Shown: piece by piece, positions 8,189-17,125 of the stretch
Layout: every line of letters begins with the position of its first letter
Position numbering within the stretch: position 1 is the first letter of the stretch
Source of the DNA: Patescibacteria group bacterium
GTDB lineage: Bacteria > Patescibacteriota > UBA1384 > 2-12-FULL-50-11 > DASWYB01
Reading direction: 5' to 3'
DNA: 29,752 nucleotides
Assembly (NCBI GenBank): GCA_036405195.1
Contig: DASWYB010000071.1
Location: 1 to 29,752 of the forward strand
The notes under the pieces: model-generated
The model's input: the letters and a program-made list of their open reading frames with translations, nothing else
Database searches by the model: none
Told to the model about the DNA's origin: nothing
Made by a program: the position numbers and the translations under genes

Positions 8189-10900
8189 TTAAGCAGTTTG
8201 CTGTTTCTCAAGTTCTCCCCAATTCTTTCCGACGGCACAATCGACAGTAAGAGGAATATCAAGTTCGTAGGCATGTTCCATCAGCTCTTTGACCTTGGCG
8301 GCAACGCGCTCAGTTTCGCTTTCTGGTGACTCTAAGAGTAAAGAGTCATGGACCTGAAGAACGAGGTAAGGACGATCCTTTGCTCCCTGGTAAGTGTGCT
8401 CGATCCAGTCGTGAACTTGAATCATAGCGAGCTTAATTATATCGGCTTCCGTACCTTGAGCGGGTGCGTTAATCGCCATGCGTTCAGCCGCAGCGCGTAC
8501 CATCGCGTTAGCAGCTTTAATTTCAGGAATTTCACGACGTCGGCCAAAGATGGTTTCAACGTATCCTTTGTCGCGAATCTCTTGTTTGGTTTTGGCTAAG
8601 TAGTCTGCCACGCCTTTGTAGGTGGCAAAGTATGCGTCGATATACTGCTTGGCGACCTTTTGCTCAATCTTTAATCCTTGCGCCAATCCAAAGGCCGAGA
8701 GGCCATAAATAATACCGAAGTTAATGGCTTTTGCCGCACGACGGTCAACGCCAAGTTGTTTAGAAACTTCATCATGAATATCTCGGCCATCTTTATAGAC
8801 TTGGAGAAGAGTGGGATCTTGCGACAAGTGGGCAATAATACGCAATTCCATTTGGGAGTAGTCGAGTGATACCAGGTCGTAGCCTTTCGGAGCGACGAAG
8901 GCTTTACGGATTTCGTTGCCAAGTTCGCTACGAATAGGGATGTTTTGTAAGTTAGGATCGGAGGAAGAGAGCCGCCCTGTTGCAGCAGTCGTAATACTAA
9001 AACTTGTGTGTAGACGGCCATCGGTATCGACGAGCTCCGGAAGGGTTTTTACATATGTACTTTGAAGCTTCGTGAGTTCCCGATAACGCATAATATCATC
9101 AATTACCGGATGCATGCCCTGAAGTTTTTCAAGCTCAGAGGCGGCCGTTGAAATGCCGGTTTGCGTTGCTTTCATGCCCGCTTTGTCGAGTTTCAGATCT
9201 TCAAACAAAAGCTTTTGAAGTTGTGCTGGTGAGTTAATATTAATTGGTCCATTGGCATAGCTCTCGATTGTCGTGCGGATAGTTTCAATCTCTTTTTCTA
9301 GTTTCTCTTCCAGTACTTTAAGTTGGTTAATATCTAGGCATACACCGTGTTGTTCCATGGCTTTAAGGACCGGAATAAGGGGAAAGTCAATTGTTTCGGC
9401 CACAGTTTTAAGATGCTTCTCTTTTTGAAGCTGCTTTGCATAGTGAAGGTAAAGCCGGTGTGTCAGTATGGCATCTTCGGCGGCGTATTCCGCGACTTTA
9501 TCTGCCGGTGCGGTTACAAGTGTCGCGTCTTTCTTCTTGCTTCCGGCGACATCGGTAAACGAGATCGGCGTATAGCCAAACTCACGCTGACACACAGTGT
9601 CAAAGTCAAACGTACGTAAGTGGGCGTGGAGAATATAAGCAGCGACCATCGTATCAAAGCCAATCGGACTGAGGTTTATACCGAGTTGTTCGAGAGAACA
9701 CATATCATATTTGATATTGTGACCAACTTTCGCCACATTGGTGTCTTCGAGAAGCTTCTTGAGAAGTGTGGCAATTTTCTCTTTGGAGAGAGTTGCGCCG
9801 TGTTCAGGAATAAGAGGAATGTAGTAGCCGAGTGATTCTTGGCCTGCGAGTGAGATACCAATAATTGGGCCATCAACACCGTCAGTTTCCGTATCGACCG
9901 TAAGCGCTTCGGCTTTTTGTAATTCGAGAACTACTGCCGATATGCCAGCTTCACTAACGAGCGTTCTATAAGTCCAATCACGTTCGTTTTGCGTGGTGAC
10001 AACTTCCAAGGCATGGGCTTTCGGAAGCCGTTTGATAAGGGAATAGAACTCAAGCGCATTGAAGAGATCAGAAACTTTTTGTGGATCATAGTCAGCAATA
10101 TCACATGCTTTAAGTTCTAACGTAATTGGTACATCTCTATGGATGGTTGCGAGTGATTGTGACTGGTAGGCAATCTTTTCACCCTCAAGTAGTTTTTCAC
10201 GGATACGAGGCGTTACAGGGACGTCTTTATTCGTTTTTAAGAGCTCATAAAGTGCGTCGAGTGAACCGGCAAATTCGAGTAGGTTAATAGCCGTTTTGTC
10301 ACCAATGCCCGTGATGCCGGGTATTTCATCTGATGTATCGCCAGCCAATGCTTTATAATCAACGACTTGGCTGGGATGGACCCCCATTCGCTCCTTTACA
10401 CCAGCTGCGTCATAGAGCATCGTGTCAGTAATGGATCGTTTCATTGTGTACACAAAGGTTAAATCGTTTACGAGCTGGAAGCTGTCTTTATCACCAGTTA
10501 CGATAACCACCGGAATTCCCTGTGCGTTGGCTTGTTTGGCTAACGTTCCGATGATGTCATCTGCTTCAAAGGTTTCTTTCGTAAATATAGGAATGTTAAG
10601 TGCTTGGGCTACTTTATAGGCATAGGGAATTTGTGTTTTTAGTCCGTCGGGAGTTTCCTTGCGGCTGGCTTTATAGCCTTCGAAGGCATCGTGACGAAAT
10701 GTTTTTCCGCTTAAGTCAAAAGCTACCGCGCAGTACTTCGGTTTTACTTCCTCAATCGCTTTCAACAGGGTGGTAATAAAACCGTAGATGGCGTTTGTCT
10801 GCAGGCCATCTTTTGTTTGGAGTGGTGGCAGTGCATGGAACGCGCGATACAGCACGGCATGGCCGTCAATCAGAAGGAGTGCATCTTTAGGTGGGGTCAT
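8189..10900 (-). CDS. polA: DNA polymerase I (5'-3' exonuclease, 3'-5' exonuclease, polymerase)
   Basis: LLIDGHAVLYRAFHA, FEADDIIGT, VTGDKD, GIGDKTA; Exo motifs DTETD, HNIKYD, YAAEDA; Pol motifs LDYSQMELR, RRAAKAINFGIIYG, LQVHDSL. Confidence 0.98.
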   Translation of the reverse strand: MTPPKDALLLIDGHAVLYRAFHALPPLQTKDGLQTNAIYGFITTLLKAIEEVKPKYCAVAFDLSGKTFRHDAFEGYKASRKETPDGLKTQIPYAYKVAQALNIPIFTKETFEADDIIGTLAKQANAQGIPVVIVTGDKDSFQLVNDLTFVYTMKRSITDTMLYDAAGVKERMGVHPSQVVDYKALAGDTSDEIPGITGIGDKTAINLLEFAGSLDALYELLKTNKDVPVTPRIREKLLEGEKIAYQSQSLATIHRDVPITLELKACDIADYDPQKVSDLFNALEFYSLIKRLPKAHALEVVTTQNERDWTYRTLVSEAGISAVVLELQKAEALTVDTETDGVDGPIIGISLAGQESLGYYIPLIPEHGATLSKEKIATLLKKLLEDTNVAKVGHNIKYDMCSLEQLGINLSPIGFDTMVAAYILHAHLRTFDFDTVCQREFGYTPISFTDVAGSKKKDATLVTAPADKVAEYAAEDAILTHRLYLHYAKQLQKEKHLKTVAETIDFPLIPVLKAMEQHGVCLDINQLKVLEEKLEKEIETIRTTIESYANGPININSPAQLQKLLFEDLKLDKAGMKATQTGISTAASELEKLQGMHPVIDDIMRYRELTKLQSTYVKTLPELVDTDGRLHTSFSITTAATGRLSSSDPNLQNIPIRSELGNEIRKAFVAPKGYDLVSLDYSQMELRIIAHLSQDPTLLQVYKDGRDIHDEVSKQLGVDRRAAKAINFGIIYGLSAFGLAQGLKIEQKVAKQYIDAYFATYKGVADYLAKTKQEIRDKGYVETIFGRRREIPEIKAANAMVRAAAERMAINAPAQGTEADIIKLAMIQVHDWIEHTYQGAKDRPYLVLQVHDSLLLESPESETERVAAKVKELMEHAYELDIPLTVDCAVGKNWGELEKQQTA

Positions 10901-10945
10901 ATATCTCTTATATCATATTGTTCTCTGTAATACAGGTTTCATTGC

Positions 10946-10974
10946 TTTACAGAAGATCAAAAATACAGTAGAAT
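10946..10974 (+). promoter_or_regulatory. sigma70-type promoter for typA
   Basis: TTTACA-17 nt-TAGAAT in the polA/typA divergent intergenic region. Confidence 0.6.
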
Positions 10975-11007
10975 TAACAGGTTATTAAGCAGAGGGAATT
11001 ATTTACT

Positions 11008-12816
11008 ATGAATATCCGAAACGTTGCTATTATCGCTCACGTTGACCACGGCAAGACAACTCTTGTAGATGGTCTTCTTAAACAGGCTCACACATTCCGC
11101 GAGAATGAAGCCGCTATGAGTCAGACCTTGATCATGGACTCGAATGATCAAGAACGAGAGCGTGGCATTACTATTTTGGCCAAAAATACAGCGGTCGTCT
11201 ACAAAGACACGAAGATTAATATTATTGATACTCCCGGTCACGCCGACTTTGGGGGGGAAGTTGAACGAACCTTAAACATGGCTGATGGTGCCGTGCTTGT
11301 CGTTGATGCACAAGAAGGTCCTATGCCGCAGACTAAATTCGTTCTTAAAAAAGCGCTCGAAATTGGTTTACGTCCTATTGTTGTTTTAAATAAAATTGAT
11401 AAACGCGATGCTCGTCCCGATGTCGTAATTGGTAAGGTGTATGATCTGTTTTTGGATCTCGTGACCGATGAGGCGCAACTGGAATTTCCGGTATATTACG
11501 CAATTGGTCGTGATGGTAAAGCGTGGGCTGAGCTTCCCGCGAATCCTGATGAAGATGCGGATCTTTCACCTCTTTTTGAAGCTATTTTAGAACACGTACC
11601 AGCTCCAGAAGGTGAGAGTAATGCTCCTTTCCAAATGCTTGTCACGACGCTTGATCGTGATAATTATCAAGGAAAATACGCAATTGGCCGTATTCGCCGT
11701 GGTATCGCAAAACCAGGGTTACCCGTTGTGCTGATGGGGAGCGATGGGAAACAAGAGCAAGGACGAATTGATAAAGTGTTTGTCAGCCAAGGACTCAAAC
11801 GTGTTGAAGTACCGAGTGCCGAAGCAGGCGACGTTGTTGCCCTCACTGGTATTAAAGGGGCGAATATTGGTGAAACGATTGCTGACGCGACTCAGCCCGA
11901 AGCCTTGCCGACAATCGCCATCGAAGAACCCACACTGCGCATGTCTCTTTCCGCCAATACCTCGCCCTTCGCGGGTAAAGAAGGTCAATACGTAACGAGC
12001 CGTCATATTCTCGAACGTATTCAAAAAGAATTAGAAACAAATGTTGCCATGCGTTTGGAAGTTAAAGACGGTGGTGAATACATCCTGTCAGGCCGAGGCG
12101 AGCTACATTTGTCGGTGTTTATTGAAACGCTTCGTCGTGAAGGCTATGAACTTCAGGTTGGTAAGCCTCAGGTTATTACACGTGAAATTGAAGGCGTCAT
12201 GAAAGAGCCAATTGAAGAGTTAACGATTGATGTTACTGATGAGTATGTAGGAGCTGTTACGAGTGAAGTAGGACGCCGTAAAGGGATTTTATTAAGCCAG
12301 TCCGAAAATGGTGATGGCTCTACCCGTCTTATTTTTGAAATCATTACGCGCGGTTTACTCGGACTGCGTAACCAGCTTTTGACCCTTTCTCGCGGAACGG
12401 CTGTGATGAACTCTCTCTTTCTGCGTTGGGAACCAGTTGGAGCAGCGATTCCGAAGCTCCGCAACGGTGTTTTGATTGCATCAGAAGCTGGCAAGGCTAT
12501 GACGTACGGCATTGAGAATGCCCAAGAACGTGGCATTGTTTTTGTAGGTCCTCAGACGCCCGTGTACGAAGGTATGATTATCGGCCTCAATCAGCGAGAA
12601 AATGATCTCGAGATTAATATCTGTAAAGAAAAGAAACTAACCAACGTTCGCTCAAATGCAGAAATTTCAGCAACCATTACACCTCCGCTGAACCTTTCAT
12701 TAGAGCAATCTCTCGATTTTCTTGAGGATGATGAGCTCCTTGAAGTCACGCCTAAGAATCTTCGGCTTCGTAAACGAGTACTAAACGCTACACAGCGTGC
12801 TCGTTCACGAAAATAA
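11008..12816 (+). CDS. typA: Translational GTPase TypA/BipA
   Basis: IRNVAIIAHVDHGKTTLVD, ERERGITILAKNT, DTPGHADFGGEVER, NKID, GRGELHL, C-terminal SLEQSLDFLEDDELLEVTPKNLRLRK. Confidence 0.98.
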   Translation: MNIRNVAIIAHVDHGKTTLVDGLLKQAHTFRENEAAMSQTLIMDSNDQERERGITILAKNTAVVYKDTKINIIDTPGHADFGGEVERTLNMADGAVLVVDAQEGPMPQTKFVLKKALEIGLRPIVVLNKIDKRDARPDVVIGKVYDLFLDLVTDEAQLEFPVYYAIGRDGKAWAELPANPDEDADLSPLFEAILEHVPAPEGESNAPFQMLVTTLDRDNYQGKYAIGRIRRGIAKPGLPVVLMGSDGKQEQGRIDKVFVSQGLKRVEVPSAEAGDVVALTGIKGANIGETIADATQPEALPTIAIEEPTLRMSLSANTSPFAGKEGQYVTSRHILERIQKELETNVAMRLEVKDGGEYILSGRGELHLSVFIETLRREGYELQVGKPQVITREIEGVMKEPIEELTIDVTDEYVGAVTSEVGRRKGILLSQSENGDGSTRLIFEIITRGLLGLRNQLLTLSRGTAVMNSLFLRWEPVGAAIPKLRNGVLIASEAGKAMTYGIENAQERGIVFVGPQTPVYEGMIIGLNQRENDLEINICKEKKLTNVRSNAEISATITPPLNLSLEQSLDFLEDDELLEVTPKNLRLRKRVLNATQRARSRK

Positions 12817-12818
12817 AG

Positions 12819-12858
12819 AAATAAAAAAGAGAGCCTCATGAGGCTCTCTTTTTTATTT
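12819..12858. terminator. Bidirectional terminator between typA and the lyase gene; perfect 40-bp palindrome
   Basis: AAATAAAAAAGAGAGCCTCA|TGAGGCTCTCTTTTTTATTT; overlaps the minus-strand TAA at 12853-12855. Confidence 0.85.
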
Positions 12859-15489
12859 GGAAGAACGCGGTTTCACTTTGACTTGGAATGAGAGAGCTCC
12901 TGTTTCTCCTGCTGCAAGCGCGGGGATCGTCCATGTTAACGTGTTCGTACTGGTATCTTGTAATACGGCTGGGGTAGTGGGGAGTGAGGCTTCGATGACT
13001 TCAAACTCAGAAGGAATCGCCGTCGTAAACTTGGCCTGACTAGCAGCTTTTTCACCATTGTTTCGATAGGTAACTTGATACCTAAGAGTCTCTCCTGTCT
13101 TTGCTTGGACTGAGTCGGCCGCTACCGTAACTTCGAGGGAGGCTTTTCCTTCAGGTTCTATGTCGTTAGGAATGACAGCTAATGAAAGTGCTCCAGTTGT
13201 TTCGATTGTTGCCCGGCCCAGTCCTTTTTCCGATACGGAGAAAGGTATCCGCGTATTGTTGATTTTGAGGCTCCAGCGTTGAGCTGGATCGAGGTCGGCG
13301 ATAAAGAGATTGCTCGTGTGGCTTGTGGTGGTGGTTATTTGGAAGGCCTCTCGAATAAGCCGTGTATCTTTTATTTTACTAAACAGACTCGCGTCATAGG
13401 TTAATACATCGCCGTTTTTAAGAGTCGGAACTGGTTTACCAGGTTTTGCACTAAAGAAGCTGAGTGTTGTTTGTGTTCCCTGTTCTAAAGCGACGCCTTG
13501 GACGGTCTTATCTGCCGATTCAATGAGTGTCGGAGTAGCTGGGTTTGCCTCCTCTCCGGCTGTCACAACGGAGAGGAATGTATCCCATTGCTGGTCGATA
13601 GTGGGTTTTATGGCAATATGGAACGCTTGTTCGTAGTCGTAAATAAAACCATTAAACTTCTGGGCGGGTGCCTTTTCGTTGACGATTGTCTTCTGGGTGT
13701 TGGTAGGCAGGAGGTTTGTGAGCTGAATAAATTGGCCGTTCTTTGTTCTCCATGAAGCTTGATTCCCTGTTACTATGGGTGCCTCACTGGTATGGAGAAT
13801 CCACTCTTTCCGTCCCCCTGAATTTTCAATCGTGCTTCTGGCGCCGCCTTCATAGCGATTTTCAGCCCAGCCATACAGCTGCTTTGGATCGTCTGCTAAT
13901 GTTCTGTCAAATATAACGACCGTATCGCGAGAGCTGTCTTGGCTCGGGAGGTACAGGAAGCTTCTCGTCCATTCATGAAGAAACGTAGCTGGCGGGTTCC
14001 AGTATCCGCTTCTATGAATAGTTCCTCCAGCAGATCCAGAGGTATAGACATAGGTTCCGTTGGGATCAACTTCTTGAGCGGTAATTCCTCGAGCTTCTTG
14101 GGTGGCGCTGTAGCCAGAGAATCGCATAACGTTACTTGCCAGAGACGAGAGAGTATAGCCAATTGGATGAGTGATCGCCCATTCTCCTTTACGGTACAGT
14201 TGGAAATCTCCCGTTATCATTTGCTGATGATCGACATAGGCGTTGGCGTTTAAAAATGAACTCGTGAAGAATGATGCGGCGTTACCCCATCCTGTGCGGA
14301 AATGAGTGAGCCCTTGGTTTGTCGTCGTATGGCTTCGTGCGAGTTTTGTTTGCCAATCTGTGGCAGGAGTGGCTGCAGGATTAAAAAATAGGAAAAAAGT
14401 AAACGGAGGTGTTTTGACAAATGTATCGTTTGGATACGTGTCCATCAGTGTTTTGATTGCTCCCCATACAAGAGGGGCGACCGTCGTATCGGATTCGTTC
14501 ACCGCGGCTAATGCAGCCATATGTGGCAGTTTTCCATAGAGTCGGATGTCACGTGGATGCTGCTCGTCTCCCCACTGATAATTTTGTTTCAAGTCAGGGG
14601 TAAGGATATGCATCGATTGGATGGCCGCTTCTTTAAAATAGGATGCGAGTTCAGGAAAATGGTCAGTTTCTGTTGCTGTTTTTACACCCATATAGCCAAT
14701 CGCCATGAGCATTACCGTGTTAACGTTATAATCTGATGATTCAATCCACTCGCCGCCCTGGGCCATCTCTGCGTATCGCTTGATAGCATTGCGCATAGTG
14801 CTTGTTTTATTGTCGAGACTATTGCTTGTCGCATCGAAGCCGCCAACATGAGGATGGTTAATCAAGAAAGTACTGGTTGCTGGGTCTTCGTCCTCAATTG
14901 TTAAGGCCGTCATAATAACGCCAAAATAGTGCCCAACGACTTCATCTGAATCATCTAACCGTCCACTGGCAAAATTTGTGCCAGGTATTTCTCCTATGGT
15001 CAGTTTTGACCAATATATAAGACTTGTACGGAATGTTTGTCGCTGCTCAGCCGATAGTGCTGGTTTGAGCCAGTCGTAGATGAGGGCATAGGTCGCCAGT
15101 GATTGGCGGGTCCCGTTTGATCCGTCAGCGGGAAGCGAGGGTGGATTGCTCGATACAACAGGGCTGATGCCTTGCCATGCTTTTTGAGCGTAGGCGGTAT
15201 CTCCTGTCATCTGATACATAAGCGTTGGCCATGTTCCATAACAGGCAAAGCATTGTTGAACAGCCGCATCAGAAGGAATGGCGGCATCAGCTTTTGATTT
15301 AATAACTGAAAACCATCGAGGATCATTTTTGAGGTTATTTAAAACAGCTTGACGTTCAGGGCTCCAAAAGAGCTTTGGCGCCTGTCCGGTTGGTGATTGG
15401 GCATGCGTATACTGGCTACGTATGAGCCCAGTCCCAAAAAGAACAGTGATAAGTAATAGAATGCTCAGGCGGGCGGTTATGTGCTTCAT
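12853..15489 (-). CDS. Secreted heparinase II/III-like (alginate/GAG lyase-like fold) protein with C-terminal DUF11 Ig-like domain
   Basis: Signal peptide; PKLFWSPERQ, helical toroid-like region (YAQKAW, WIESSDY, YQWGD), beta region (HFRTGW, DHQQMITGDFQLYRKGEW, WILHT); DUF11-like GETLRYQVTYRNNG...LTWTIPALAAGETGALSFQVKV. Family assignment is by motif recognition only. Confidence 0.65.
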   Translation of the reverse strand: MKHITARLSILLLITVLFGTGLIRSQYTHAQSPTGQAPKLFWSPERQAVLNNLKNDPRWFSVIKSKADAAIPSDAAVQQCFACYGTWPTLMYQMTGDTAYAQKAWQGISPVVSSNPPSLPADGSNGTRQSLATYALIYDWLKPALSAEQRQTFRTSLIYWSKLTIGEIPGTNFASGRLDDSDEVVGHYFGVIMTALTIEDEDPATSTFLINHPHVGGFDATSNSLDNKTSTMRNAIKRYAEMAQGGEWIESSDYNVNTVMLMAIGYMGVKTATETDHFPELASYFKEAAIQSMHILTPDLKQNYQWGDEQHPRDIRLYGKLPHMAALAAVNESDTTVAPLVWGAIKTLMDTYPNDTFVKTPPFTFFLFFNPAATPATDWQTKLARSHTTTNQGLTHFRTGWGNAASFFTSSFLNANAYVDHQQMITGDFQLYRKGEWAITHPIGYTLSSLASNVMRFSGYSATQEARGITAQEVDPNGTYVYTSGSAGGTIHRSGYWNPPATFLHEWTRSFLYLPSQDSSRDTVVIFDRTLADDPKQLYGWAENRYEGGARSTIENSGGRKEWILHTSEAPIVTGNQASWRTKNGQFIQLTNLLPTNTQKTIVNEKAPAQKFNGFIYDYEQAFHIAIKPTIDQQWDTFLSVVTAGEEANPATPTLIESADKTVQGVALEQGTQTTLSFFSAKPGKPVPTLKNGDVLTYDASLFSKIKDTRLIREAFQITTTTSHTSNLFIADLDPAQRWSLKINNTRIPFSVSEKGLGRATIETTGALSLAVIPNDIEPEGKASLEVTVAADSVQAKTGETLRYQVTYRNNGEKAASQAKFTTAIPSEFEVIEASLPTTPAVLQDTSTNTLTWTIPALAAGETGALSFQVKVKPRSSK

Positions 15490-16340
15490 ACGTGCGAACC
15501 TCGAAGGTAGAGTAAGCTAACTATTGTTCCGCATGCACCCAATACGACTAAGGCGATTGCAAATGATCGAGCACGTGATCTTTCTGCGGATGTTGGTACA
15601 GAGGATTGGATCGGGTTTGGGGTTGGTGTTATGTCGATGAGTGCTTCAGGAGACGACTCAGTAGAGGGGGTGGTAGTTGTCAGAGGCGTTTCGCTCGGTG
15701 TCGCTTTGGAGCTCGCTGTTACCGCTACTACTATCTGAGATGTTGTAGTCGCTTTGGGAGAGGCTTTTGGTGTTGAGGTTGCTGCGGGGGAAATGCTCGC
15801 AGTTGGTGTTGCTGTCGGTGTGGGTGTTGGAGTTACAGTCGTGGTGACTGTTGGAGCTGAAATAGTAGTATGTGCAGATTGTGTCGATTGAAGAATATTC
15901 GTTAAGTCGCTGTCGGCTTTTACTTGGGTGGTGGCTTCTTGGATGGTGATATCGCCTGCGCCAGGCTCATTGGCAACAAACGTTATCTTGCCAATAAGTC
16001 CTTCTGTTCCTACATACGAAGTATTCATAGCTACGCGTGAAAAGCTAAGTGTGTTGCCATTGACCGTTGGAACATCGATTTCTGTATCAAAAATTGAACC
16101 TGCTCCGTCGAACGATTGGTAGGTCAGGGTTGATGAAAAGTAGAGCGTTACTTGTGTGCCGATAACGGCCTGTCCGCCAGGCAGTAATGAAAGGGATACG
16201 GTGACTTGGTTGCCTTGGGTTACCGTGGATGTAGGTACACTGAGTTTCAGTATGGCTGTTTTGTCGGCAGCCTGTGCGTCCCCGAGTGGCCATAGCATGA
16301 AGCTCGCAATGAATAAGGCGATAAGGCTTTTATGCATCAT
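15486..16340 (-). CDS. Cohesin-domain surface protein with Thr/Pro-rich linker and C-terminal TM anchor
   Basis: Start reassigned to the ATG at 16340 (AAGGA SD; MMHKSLIALF...AQA signal peptide). LKLSVPTSTVTQGNQVTVSLSL...VIGTQVTLYF...GLIGKITF is a cohesin-like beta-sandwich; TPTPTPTATPT linker; FAIALVVLGACGTIVSLLYL anchor. Confidence 0.7.
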   Translation of the reverse strand: MMHKSLIALFIASFMLWPLGDAQAADKTAILKLSVPTSTVTQGNQVTVSLSLLPGGQAVIGTQVTLYFSSTLTYQSFDGAGSIFDTEIDVPTVNGNTLSFSRVAMNTSYVGTEGLIGKITFVANEPGAGDITIQEATTQVKADSDLTNILQSTQSAHTTISAPTVTTTVTPTPTPTATPTASISPAATSTPKASPKATTTSQIVVAVTASSKATPSETPLTTTTPSTESSPEALIDITPTPNPIQSSVPTSAERSRARSFAIALVVLGACGTIVSLLYLRGSHV

Positions 16341-17067
16341 GGAAGTCCTTTTGTTGACGATATTTCTTAATGATCTCAAGCACATGGCTGAACTCTGGTT
16401 TCTCTTCTCCGAATACAGCCGGCACAAACTGGAGGCTTGTGCCCCGATAGGCCTTGATAATAAGCGTAACATCATCAAACGTTAGTGCGCCATCATTATT
16501 AAAGTCGCCTCGTATTAACTTGTTTGCCTGTGCGTAATTAATACAGGTGTTTGCATCATAATTTTCTACCGTTATACTTCGGGCGAAATAACCATCGGCT
16601 TTGAACCGTAAAGTTATAGGGAGGGTTAAAGCCGGAGTTTCTTCTAGGGCAATCGTAATTTTTCCATCTTTATCACTTGTAAGATCTTGGTAGGTTGCAA
16701 GAGTAGTTCCTTTGGTGTCGCTAATAATAGCGGTTCCATGCAAAGGTGTGACTAATAAGCTCTCGGTTTCCGCTTGAAGGCAAATGGCCTGTAAAGGAGG
16801 ATCATTCTGGGTAACGGTAAAGGAAAGAACGTTACTTATGGCATGCTCACTATACAGGTTCTGAGAAGGGTCACAGGTGTCAGTCCCTTCGCCTTCCGTG
16901 CAGAATGCAACGCTCACTTGGCTTGATGCCCTTTTCTCGGTGGAGGCAGAAGGAGTGAGAGATTTCTTTTGGAATAAAAAATATAACCCGGTGAGTAATA
17001 GAGACAAAAGTACAATAGATAGTGTTTTGTGATGCCAAAAAGAAAGACGGTGGTTTGTATGCCGCAT
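16330..17067 (-). CDS. Membrane-anchored protein with Ig-like domain and C-terminal dockerin-like EF-hand
   Basis: N-terminal TM (LSIVLLSLLLTGLYFLF); LRFKADGYFARSITV beta domain; RGDFNNDGALTFDDVTLIIKAY matches the dockerin Ca-loop/helix GDxNxDGxVxxxD. ATG at 17067 follows TAAGGTG; the GTG at 17073 is an alternative start. Confidence 0.65.
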   Translation of the reverse strand: MRHTNHRLSFWHHKTLSIVLLSLLLTGLYFLFQKKSLTPSASTEKRASSQVSVAFCTEGEGTDTCDPSQNLYSEHAISNVLSFTVTQNDPPLQAICLQAETESLLVTPLHGTAIISDTKGTTLATYQDLTSDKDGKITIALEETPALTLPITLRFKADGYFARSITVENYDANTCINYAQANKLIRGDFNNDGALTFDDVTLIIKAYRGTSLQFVPAVFGEEKPEFSHVLEIIKKYRQQKDFHDA

Positions 17068-17125
17068 ATACACACCTTAGTCAACCATGAGAGAGAAAGC
17101 AATTATATTTTTAATTCGTTAGGAG

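Noticed and set aside
10925-10935. CTGTAATACAG as a possible LexA/SOS box near polA
   Set aside because: Spacing is CTGT-N3-ACAG, not N8, and no similar box was seen at recA.
15600-15860. Repetitive GGTGTT/GTTGGT DNA
   Set aside because: It encodes the Thr/Pro linker of the cohesin protein; there is no repeat-spacer periodicity, so it is not a CRISPR array.
16341-16478. Extended N-terminus of the cohesin ORF (similar over-extensions at 17861, 21471, 25323 and 26575)
   Set aside because: These lie within neighbouring genes or promoters; internal ATGs with SD, -10 or signal-peptide support are preferred.
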